Assembly (NCBI GenBank): GCA_047967505.1
Contig: CM106538.1
Origin: Dipteris shenzhenensis
Lineage: Eukaryota
DNA: 64,000 nucleotides
Strand: one strand, 5' to 3'
The number at the start of each line of letters is the position of its first letter. Position 1 is the first letter of the stretch. Positions 13,401-23,940 of the stretch are shown here, one piece after another. The translations under genes and the position numbers were made by a program. Under the pieces are notes generated by a model, which was not told where the DNA came from, ran no database searches, and worked only from the letters and a program-made list of their open reading frames with translations.

Positions 13401-14965
13401 CAGATGACGTGCATCTTGCATTCTGCTACTCCATTTTGCTGTGATGTATGTGGTGGGGGTTTCTGCCTCTTGATCCTGTGACTTTTGCAGTAACTTTCGA
13501 ATTCAGTTGATGTGAACTCTCCACCTCTGTTTAATCTCAATTTTTTCACCTTCGTCCCTGATTCTTTCTCGACCATTACATGCCATTCTTTGAACCTACT
13601 AAAAGCCTCGTCTTTAGTCTTTAGGAAGAATATCCATATCCTTCTACTATAGTCGTCGATCAGTGTCATGAAGTAGTAGGAACCACCCAAAGCTTTTGTC
13701 TCCATCTTTCCATAGAGGTCCATGTTAACAAGCTCTAGAGGAGCCTTTGCCCTACTGGCCTCTTTAGGAAAGGGTTGCTGATGCTACTTGCCCATCATGC
13801 AAGCTTCACATACATTGGGCAGATCTGCAATTTTTGGTAGGTTTGCAATCATTCCAGTTTTATGCATCTCGTTTAAAGAACTAAAGTTTAGATGACCAAA
13901 CCTCTCATGCCATAGCTTAGTGTTCTTCACAGTAGCTTGAGCATTGAAAGTTGAGAGTCCGTAGATGTTGTTGCACCGTGTACCTTTACCAACGACCTTC
14001 CCATGAAGATCCAAAATCTGTGTGCCATTCTTATTGAAGTGGACTTTGAGGTCCCGATCCGCGATCGCAGAAACAGACAATAAGTTCCTCTTGATATCTG
14101 GCACATAAAGAACATCGGACAATTGTTTTACAACTCCATCTGGCTTGAGAACAATCGTACCTTTTTCTTTTACTGGACATTTTGCATTATTGCCGACTGC
14201 TACTAGGATGTCATTCCCTACCGGCTGTAGAGAGGTATACCAATCCTTGCGATTGGTCATGTGGCGTGATGCACCACTATCAATGATCCAAGGTTCATCC
14301 ATAGGTACATGAACTGCCTCCATGCAAATCTCCTCAATCGCTATGAACAGCTCTACTGGTACTACCTATGTGCTATTGTTGAACTCTTTCTTTACTCCGT
14401 TCTTCTCATCTGCAATCTTCTTTCGGCACTCATTCTGCTTGTGCCATGCCTTGTTGCAATAGAAGCACTTGATCTTCTTCTTTCTTTTTTTATCATCAGA
14501 AGAAGATGGGTAACTAGAGTCCTTACCCTTACCTTTCTTTGATCCAGCGTAGAAAGCTGAATCTTCTCCAGTCCTTGTCTTTTGACACATCTCCTCCATA
14601 AGCATTGCACTGAAATCCTCAAAGTTAAGGGGTGGATTTCTGTTTTGCATATTCAGTGCCATAACAAGACCATCGTACTTTGGTGGGAGAATCCATATGC
14701 ATCTTCGTGCTAGATTCTCACTGGTGATGGTGATGCCAATTGCAGTCATTTGATGGCAAAGATTCTTCACCCTGGTGATGAACTTCTCTGCCGCTTCAGA
14801 ATCAGATAGTTTCTCGTTTGCAAGTTGAGTCTCCAGATTTTGAATCTATGTTTGATTCGTGGTCTCGTACTGATTTTTCAAGACTGTCCATGCCTCCTCC
14901 GTTGTGGTGACATGTTGAATTAACACCATGATAGAATCACTTACACTGCAGACAATAGAACATAG
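10484..14965 (-). mobile_element. Ty1/copia B (same family as A), 5'-truncated
   Basis: 3' LTR 10484-11211 matches the LTRs of A. PPT (cccccctc on the plus strand) lies just right of it. RT (QMDVKS, YVDDL), INT, PR (WIIDSGAS) and gag zinc knuckle (CFYC) are present. The 5' end of gag and the 5' LTR are missing. Confidence 0.93.
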
Positions 14966-15328
14966 TGCAGGCTAAGGTATGGTATAGGAAAGAATTAAAG
15001 TAGCCACCCTAGGATGTGGACTACATGATGTGGAGATGTGGATCAAGGATATCCACAAGGAGAGATGTGGATGAGACGGTCCCACAAGTGTTGACTATTC
15101 AAAGGGCGCTCTCTATATAAGAGGCCTATCATGTATTGTTGAGTACACACATTTTGAATAGATTGAGTATTGCCTACAGTGTGTCTCTCTCATGGATTTT
15201 CTTCTATGGTTTGATCCTCCATGAACTTTATGCTCATTGAGTGATATATTAGGCTAAGTACAATCTGCACTTTGTCAATGGTCTCCCTTTGGACAAACCA
15301 CTAGCTCCCACAAAGCCCTTAGGCTACA
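14966..15328. mobile_element. Isolated LTR of an unrelated family (X)
   Basis: TG...CA ends with an imperfect terminal inverted repeat (tgcaggctaagg / ccttaggctaca) and an internal ctctatataa TATA-like box. A 31-bp piece recurs at 10453-10483. No matching TSD. Confidence 0.6.
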
Positions 15329-16126
15329 AAACCTTCCCTCCCTTGCAACACATGATGAGGATCCAAGTGGTCTATAGACTTTGCATTCATTCGGGAGGCA
15401 TGTGCATCGATCCGACCAAATCTCAAGTCATTCATAGGCTTGCTGGGCCAAGTCAAAGTCTATGTGCATTTTGCAACAATAAACATTCCTATCTTTGAGT
15501 TTCTTGATGTACTAGGGCTTATAATGCTCAAAGCTCCTCTGCTCAATTGAAATGTCCGAATTCTGATGCACAAACTTGAAATACAACTCCGTCTATTGAC
15601 CCAACATGCGAGAACAATAGAATAATGAGGCCCCTTTTTGCTACTACTAAAAGGGGATGAGCATTTTTCGAGTGATCTTCCGAGCATCTGAGCGAACCAA
15701 AAAAAAGCCTTCCAACTATGCAAAAATATGGCAAAAATGGATTGGAAGAAAACATAGTTTCACTTAGAAATATGCAAAGTATTATAGTAATGCCTATTTT
15801 ATACACAAATCTTTATGTGAATATTTGGGAATGGTGAGAACATAATGGGATGGATTTTGAAGAAACCCACATGTAGAGTAGACTCTGTATGAAAACTCCG
15901 TTATGATCCTTCTTACAACTTTTACTTCATAGGGGGTGACATTGAAAAACTCTCTCAACCTATCTTCATGAAAGGGTTTCTCCAAACAAAACTCATTGAA
16001 GCAAGCCATCAAGGTAGTTTCGCCAGTGAAAACCCTTTGAAGTAGGTCTTCCAAGGTAGTTTTGATGGCGAAACTACCATGGACAACACTTTTAAAAATG
16101 ACATAACTTTCACATTCAATGTCCAA
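15329..16126 (-). pseudogene. N-terminal half of the Sola2-like transposase
   Basis: Minus-strand translation TELYFKF...SIEQRSFEHYKP*YIKKLKDRNVYCCKMH at ~15460-15590. Same strand as the catalytic half and upstream of it. Confidence 0.55.
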
Positions 16127-16735
16127 ATATAGTCATTCAGCCACCCAAATTGATAAAAAAATCCAATTTGAGCACATCTATCGAGTTATATTTTGGAAAA
16201 TCTTGCATATATAGTATTAAATATTATGTGTATTTTATGAGAGTGATATATAAGCCCAAGTTAAAACTTATTTATTGTAATTTAAACTTTTTAGAAACAT
16301 GTCCATAAATATGTTGTTATTTATGATAAAAACACTAGAAAGAGATTGCCATATGATATAAATGTGTTTAATAAGCAATTATATGTATAATATTATTACA
16401 TTGAGAGTGATTATGAGGGATGTTTCTTAAATGAATTATTTTTCAACACTTTTTTTAGGTAATAACAGGGGGACAAAGGGATGTCTATGAATAAGAAAAT
16501 TTATGTTATGTAAAAATGAATGAGTGACTAGTCTATCTATTTTTATGATAAAGGGATCTAGTTCTAGTGAAAATAAACATGTAAAAACCACTTCCTAAAG
16601 AAATACAATTTTTTGAATCTCTTGAAAAACACGCTTATATAAACATGCTCATAGGTTTTTGCTCGTAAAATTGATGCACCTCTACTAAAAGAACACAAAA
16701 CATAGTATGATTAAAGTATATAATGAAGCAAAACA

Positions 16736-17064
16736 ATTTTCAACCACCGCGCTAGTTAAGGATAGTGACAATTTCAATTACCAGGCTAGTCTAAGATACA
16801 TTTAGGATAGTCACAATTTCAACCACTAGGATGGTTTAGGACACTGTCATAGTTTTAACCATTGGGATGGTTTAGCTTGACGGTCTCAACTTCACATATT
16901 AGACAATAACAAGTATATTGCTTGAATTCCACAATTTAACAATGGTACATAACCTGAATACCAAGAAATTAAATTTAATGAATTTAATACTAAGAAACAT
17001 AATAATTTCAACCATCGGGCTAGTCAATAACTAATGTTTATTTAGCCATGCTAGTTCAAGACAC
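16736..17064. repeat. Degenerate short repeats (atttcaaccacc/atc-gggctag), putative subterminal repeats of the DNA transposon
   Basis: About 6 copies. The reverse complement matches gcccggtggttgaaat at ~3018 and ~8120. Confidence 0.55.
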
Positions 17065-18990
17065 TGTGATGCCAAAAATTGATATTTTTTATTTGGCATT
17101 GGTATTGTTTTCTTCTATGTTTGATAAGAGTTTGAGTATCAAGTGATAGCCTAGTGGCTCTCACTTATTTCTATTTTCTAAGATATTGTATGGGATTGAG
17201 AGGATGAGTGGAATGGATCATTGTAAAATACCATAAGTATGAATTATAAATACCTTGGTATGGGGTGAGAGTTATTTGTGTATGGGATATTATGGGGTTT
17301 TTAGAAAATAGGAAGAGTGAGTCATATAAAGAGGTGAACTCATGTCCATGTGTTCCAATAATATAAGAGAGGCCACATGCCAAGCACGTGGAAGGCATGT
17401 GGAGGAGTGTGGAGTCAAAAGGAATCCTTCTAGAATTCCTATGTGGAATAAGGAGGATGTGGACATATGGAAAAGAGAGGGTCCCTATGGGCTCCACGTG
17501 GGGAGACTCTTGACTTTCTCAATATTTTAAGAGTATTGAGCATATCTTGATGGGACAAATGGCAAGAGTAGCCAAAAAGGACATGGATGGTGACATACAG
17601 GCTTATGTGATTGATGGGGAAAAGAATGTATAGGCAACAATTGTAAATGATTGAAGGAGGGTGATAAAATCTCTATAAAAAGAGCCCTCCTCTCCCTTGT
17701 TCATCATCTCTTCCACCATTAGGCCTCATGTTGCTATAGCTCTAGTTTCCTCAAGCCTCTTCCATGAGCCTTCTCTCCCTCTTGTAGATATTCTCTTATG
17801 TAGACTCTTGAGTCCATCTCTCTCTAGTTTATTCTCTCTCTCTATGAGTAGTCTTGGAGCTTCCGCTCTCTCTTGTATGTATGAAACCTCTTCTTCTCCC
17901 TTGTGTTTGTAGTATTTTGAGTGTATTTGAGTGGAGTCTTACTCTCATGGCAATGAAAGTCACTTCTCATCATTTTCCTTGAGTCTCCATTCCTATGTCC
18001 TTTTCCCTCTCTCTATTCAAGTCTCTAAAGTAGTTGTTGTTCGGCCGCTCACTGTGCACACATGGTCCATTCTTTTCCCAAGCCACCATGCAAGCTTCTT
18101 CCTATATTTTAGGCAAATTCTAAGGGTATTGGATGGTTGATAATTGTGGAGCCTTGAGGGAGTAGTTTGCTCAGGCGAAATTAGCATGGGTGGAGGGTAG
18201 TTTTTTATGACAGTTTGACCCCTTGTTAGTGTTTTACTCATAACGTTCTGCTAAATAGTCCAATTTTAATAAAAATTATATACTACAAAGCTCTCTTCAA
18301 GGCGCATGTTCTTGTGTGATTAGATCTTGAATCAAATACTACTGTAAAAAGTTATGAGTCTCTGTGTTTGACAATCTATTTTCATGATAGTTTTTACCCC
18401 CTTTCAGTAAACTATCCATATCTCTTCAAGCAGTTATCTGTTTTCAATGAAACTTATATCAATACGAACTCACTTCAAGGCACATACTTGTATGTACTTT
18501 AATTTATGATATCAGTTTTTTGCTGGAAGTTATAGACCTCTGTGTTTTCTAGCAGTTTGTAGAATGATTTGAGCCATTTCTAGAGGTTTCTGTGAAGGGG
18601 GTGCCATGTTTCCCCGGAATTTACCCATCCAGCCAAATTAGCCCCTTCAAGCCCCTAGATATATATTAGCTCATGTTATGTTGCACCAAAATATATTCTT
18701 CCAACAATGCATCGCTCTTCTCTTTGGTGCTAACTGGCTTGGTGAGATAATGGCTTCTGTAGATCCTTTTCTTCTCCCGATGCTAGACTACAACATCACT
18801 TGGGATGTTACCATATTCATTCTCCTCTGAGGGAAGCAAGGACAAAGATATATTGTGGTTTTCTTTGCATGAAAATATTTTCTTCATCTCTCTTTGCAAG
18901 TGATAAGGGTCCCTATTATTAAGATTGGGAAGAGCAAGAAGCTAAGAGGTGCGTGAAGTTTCATTACCCCCAACTTCATGCCACATCTTT

Positions 18991-19006
18991 TGGTGGAGAT
19001 GCCGGG
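18991..19006 (+). promoter_or_regulatory. Primer-binding site of gypsy C, tRNA-Ala-like
   Basis: TGGTGGAGATGCCGGG lies 5 nt after the LTR end ...gccaca. It is complementary to a tRNA-Ala-type 3' end recalled from memory. Confidence 0.7.
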
Positions 19007-19110
19007 TACATTTGGTATTGGATTCATCCCACCTTAGTAAATGGTCTCGTGTGTACTTGATTGCATGTTATGCCTAGTATAGGCATGTGTTTTCTGATGT
19101 GATAAAGAAG

Positions 19111-19260
19111 ATGCCTAGAAGAACTCCATTAGAAGAGATTACAGCCCGTTTAAGAGAACTAGAAGATTGTGAAGGTGATGCTCAAGCTATTTGCACAGTC
19201 ATCATGATCATATCCTTTATGTTTGCACTCTTGAATATGTTGGTGAATCGACAATGCTAG
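19111..19260 (+). CDS. 49-aa micro-ORF upstream of gag (charged N-terminus, hydrophobic C-terminus)
   Basis: MPRRTPLEEITARLRELEDCEGDAQAICTVIMIISFMFALLNMLVNRQC*. Homologous to 43802-43966. Confidence 0.75.
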   Translation: MPRRTPLEEITARLRELEDCEGDAQAICTVIMIISFMFALLNMLVNRQC

Positions 19261-19664
19261 CAGTAGGCACAATCATAGATTGGGGATTGTTTCATGCATT
19301 GACAGCTTGGTGTGAAGAAGAGTTGAGTCTTTGGGTAGTTTTTGACTATAACAATGGAGTGGTGATTCTCAATGCTTTCAACTTCTTTTGCTATGAAAAT
19401 GATGGAGTACAATATCTTGAAGCTGTTATGTGCACTTCCAATTGTGAGAGGGGTGATTCTTAAATGCATGTATACACAATGTTTTCATGGTGCTAGTTGG
19501 TCACTTATTTTTGAAGATTTTGTTGAGGATCACATTGTGGAGGGTTTTCTACAAGTGGTTATGCATAATAAGTTGGTCTTGGTATACTAAGGCTCTGTGG
19601 GATCTTGTTTGGATCTTGTTTGGGATATTATTTGGATCTTGTTGTTTCCCTTTTGTGTTTCATC

Positions 19665-22576
19665 ATGGTGAAGATTCCAGTGTTTTGAAGGACCCAAGGG
19701 GAAGACCCAGAGTCTTATCTTTGGGATTTTGTTCAAGGATGCTGGCTTTCTGGATGGTCCATGAAGGATTTGGGTGGAGATTTTGCTTGATTTTCTTGAA
19801 GGAGTAGCCTTGAGTTGGCATGAGGCCTTGCCAGACTCTACCAAGGAGGACTAGGACCAAGTGGTGGTAGTAATGAGGCGAGGCAGAGATTTGGGGTATT
19901 GGAGTCACCAAATGCTTTGATGTTGCAGTTGGACCGGTTCTATCAAGGAGAGGGTGAGATGGTCTCTGCGTTGGCAATCCAATATGAAACTTTATGGACA
20001 AAGTATGAAAGGGCAGCTTTGCGAGCTATGGCATCTGCATCATCGGCCACTCAAAGTCTCTCAAGGATGGAGCACTTAAAGATGAGCAAATTTGTTATGG
20101 CTTTGGATCCTCGTCTTTGCTCACAAGTAATGAGTAAATATCCAATAACATATGTGGAGGCACTTCGCATTGCAACCAAGAAAGAAGCTTCTCTAAAGAT
20201 CGAATCCTCTTTTGTGTCTTCAACAACTTCAACTTCTAAGGTGGAGGTAATGGGCACTCCTCAGGTACCAAAGTCCTTTGAGTTAGATCATAATATCTCC
20301 CAATTGATGGAAGAGTTTGCTAATTTGAAATTGCATTTGGTTAATGCATGACAACCTAGAGCACCAAAGAGTGAAGATAGGCCTCAACATAAGAGTGGGG
20401 TCACTTGCTATGAATGTAATGAAAAAGGTCACTATCGCCCCAAGTGTCCTAGATTGAGAAAGAAGGAAAAAAAACAAGTATCCTTGTTAGAAGCTTCTTT
20501 AGGTGATGAGGAAAGAGAGGTAATGATGGCTAAACGGGGGCGTGGTAAAGCAAAAGAAGAAGAAGAAAGCAAGGAAGAAGTAGATGAGGAACATCAGAAC
20601 GAGGAATGCCGTAGTAAGAAAAAGAAGGCATCTAGAAGGAGAATTAACCAGTCAAACTTTCCTTTAGGACAAGGAATTGGAAGCTATTACTTGTTGTTCG
20701 ACCTTAAAGAAAAGGAAGCTCATATCACCTTTGGTCAATTACTTTCTTTGTCTCCAAAACTACGGAAAGAATGGGAAAAGCTAGCAAGCACAAGAGTGTC
20801 AAAGAAGAAAAAGAAGAAAAGTTCCATTCCTATTGTTCAAAAGGTAGATATAGATGTTGGTGATGATGTACTTATGGTTGATGTGATCACTGATGGTCAA
20901 GTGATTTCTAATGTTTACATTGATGGAGGTGCATCGATTAATGTCATGAGTGAGAAGACCATGATAGATGTTGATTTAAAATACTCTAGTACTACCTCAC
21001 CTTATCGCATCAAATTGGCTGGCAACACTAGGGTTAATACCTTGGGAGTTATGAAGAATCTAGAAGTGGATGTATGTGGAATTTTTGTGCCAACTACTTT
21101 TTAGGTGATCCCTACCAAGCCAGATGCACGTGCCTATCCATTGATTTTGGGAAGGCCTTGGCTATCCAAGGTGAAGGCTATTCAAAAGTGGGATATTGGA
21201 GAATTGATTTTGCAGGGAAATGATAAGAAGGTGCGCTACAACATTAGAAGACACAAAAAGGAAGTTGTTAACGAGGAGTCTTCAACATTAGAGAGTTTGA
21301 GCTCTGACTTAACTGATGAAGAAGAAGAGACAGGGTGTAGCTCTAAGGAGTCCAGCTCAGAGGGTGAGGTGGAAGGAGTGGCCTTTGGTCTTTGTCTTAT
21401 TGCTGATTGGGATGAGTCAGGAAGGAGGAACAAGGTGGTGCCGTAAGAAGATCTTGTAGAGACACTTCATGTGAAGGATGTGAAGCACACTAAATGACAC
21501 CAATGCAATGAAGAGCTTCTTGGTGATTCTCTATCAGGTAGTGAGAAGCTCCAGTACTTAGATATGTTAGATGATATTCCATGTCTCGTTGCAACAAGCT
21601 ATTCACAGGTTTGACCAGCCTCTCTTGTGGAGCACAAGATTGAGTTGAAGCCAGAAAGCAAGCCAGTTGTGCAACACTTAAGGTGATTGGGGGTGATCCG
21701 AGGCACTAAAGAAAGAGGTAACACAACTACTTGAGGCGGGATTCATCTTTCCTATTGATGATTCAGAATGGATATCTCCTGTAGTTATCACACCAAAGAA
21801 AGGAAATAAGTGGCGGGTTTGTGTGGACTTTCATCCTTTGAATGCATGCACTAAGAGGGATCATTTTCCTTTGCCATTCCAAGATGAAATACTAGACCAA
21901 GTAGCAGGGCATGAGATGTATTCTGTATGTGATGGGTATTCTAGGTACTTTCAAATTCGTATTCGGGAGGAAGATCAAAAGAAAACATCATTTGTCACAG
22001 CTTGGGAAGTTTTTTCTTATAGAGTGATGCCTTTCTGGGTTGACCAATGCACCAGCTACATTTCAAAGGTTCATGAGTCAAGTGCTGAAGCCTTACTTGG
22101 GAAAGTTCATAAGGGTGCTTGTGGATGATTTTTACATTTATTCTCGATGCATAGATCACATGGAGAAATTAAATATGGCCTTCGCTAGGATTGATGAAGG
22201 AAAAGGGTGTCTAAATCCTAGAAAGTGTCATTTGGCTAAAAAAAAAGTAGTCTTGTTGGGCCATATTGTGTTTGAAGAAGGCCTACAAATGGATCCTGAC
22301 AAGGTTCAAGCAATCATGGCATTGCCAAATCCTAAGAGTGTCACTGGTGTTCACAGAATTCTAGGAAAGAGCAAGTATTATCAACGATTTTGTGATGATT
22401 TCATAGAGATAGTGCATCCCATGAACTTGTTGACAAGAAAAGGAGTTTCTTTCCAATGGGGTGTGTAGCAACAAGAGTCTTTTCAGCAACTTAAGGAGGC
22501 CATGAGTAAGGGCCCGATATTGAAGCCCCCTGATTGGTCTCAAGACTTTTATGTAAATCACTTTGGAGCCTATGCA
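19665..22576 (+). pseudogene. gag-pol: Gypsy C gag-protease-RT
   Basis: Gag start MVKIPVF, zinc knuckle CYECNEKGHYRPKC, protease IDGGASINVM, RT motifs DHFPLP, DGYSRYFQI and VLVDD. Many stops and frameshifts. Confidence 0.9.
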
Positions 22577-23280
22577 TGTGTAAAGCCTTTGTGGCTTATT
22601 ACTGAAGACTTGTAAGCCTCCACAACAAACACAGTAGTGATGTGTGGAGGCTCTAAGTATTTCCTAAGATTAATATAAAACTTTCGACTCAATTTTGTGC
22701 TATTATTTTATGTGTTGCTCACTTTTGCTAGCTTGCATCTCTAATTGCCAACAAGTGGTATCAGAGCTTGGTTTAGTAGTCTACATTTGAGAGTATTCGG
22801 AGATTATCATCTATGTCTAAGAGAGTGCTGCGTAGTCAATCTTGCGTGTGTCAAATACCCATTGTACCAAGGAAACTAAGAAGGCCGCAGAGCATTCAAA
22901 GTGGCACTGCTGCTAGACGACACTCACCATTGGTATTGCTAGCAGAGGTGTGTTTTCTTGAGATCTTGAATCGGTAAAGTATGGATATGCCTAAGAAAGG
23001 CCAATCTAAAACAAGATCTATTTGATCTACAGATGGAGGACTCAGAGTCCCTTGGAGTCTTCCTCAATCGCATGCAAGCATTGTTGCACCAACTTAATGA
23101 CTTGGGAGCTTAAGTAGAAGACAATGATAAAAAGGCCATATTACTGAAGAGCTTACCGGTCGAGCAATATGGAGATACAGTGAAGATATTACGTCTAGAT
23201 GACAGCATGGATTTCCTTGACTATGTAGGTATGCTTCTCAGTGAGGAGAAAAAACGAATGCACTCATCTACGACTATTCA
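22577..23280 (+). mobile_element. Ty1/copia fragment (partial LTR, PBS, gag piece) inside the RNase H of C
   Basis: LTR-like end ...gccaaca at 22753, PBS TGGTATCAGAGC at 22756-22767, and gag-like LLKSLP. The RH of C (FYVNHFGAYA | VGAVLLQ) resumes at 23281. Confidence 0.8.
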
Positions 23281-23940
23281 GTTGGTGCTGTATTGCTACA
23301 AAAATGAGAGGCAGGTAGAATGAAACCCATCTATTATGCCAGCCGATAGCTTATAGAGGTGGAAACAAGGTATGAAGAAATGGAGCAACAAGCTCTCTCT
23401 TTGGTGTTTTCAGTCAGAAAGTTTCACTCCTATTTAGTAACTCGACCATTTTCTTCCTTACCTCTCAGTCTATATTAGCATATCTAGTTCGTAAGCCTAA
23501 TCCTTGGGGGAGATTTGCAAAATGGTTGTTAGAGCTTCAAGAGTTCTCTTTCTCTTTTGTCACTGAAAATACCACTAGGTCCACTATGGCAGATTTGCTC
23601 ACAAGACGGGAGGATCTAGGAGAAGAAAAGAAATGTAAGGAGAACATTAAAGATGAAAGAGATACACCACCAACAGCTTTTGTTTTGTATTTTGATGGGG
23701 CTTTTAGTCCTTTATGCCAACAAGGAGCCGGGGGGATGGTCTTGAAGAATTTTGAAGGTCAAGAAGTATGGGCAAGAGGACAAGAGTTTCTAGGTATCAC
23801 AACTAACAATGCAGCTGAGTATAATGCTTTGATTCTTCGTTTGGAGGGTTGTCTTCAAAGTCAAGTTAAAGAATTGGAAGTAAGAGGAGATTCTCAGCTT
23901 ATTATAAAGCAAATGCAAGTGCATTACAAGACAAGAAGTC
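23281..23940 (+). pseudogene. Gypsy C degenerate RNase H plus archaeal-type RNase H (aRH, N-terminal part)
   Basis: PIYYASR...WLLELQEF, then LYFDGA...TNNAAEY...VRGDSQLII. The aRH is split by copia E and resumes at 37424 (NQRADELA). Confidence 0.9.

Noticed and set aside
15329-15345. Polypurine tract making X a 3' LTR
   Set aside because: The purine run is continuous with the interrupted transposase sequence, and no retroelement interior follows.
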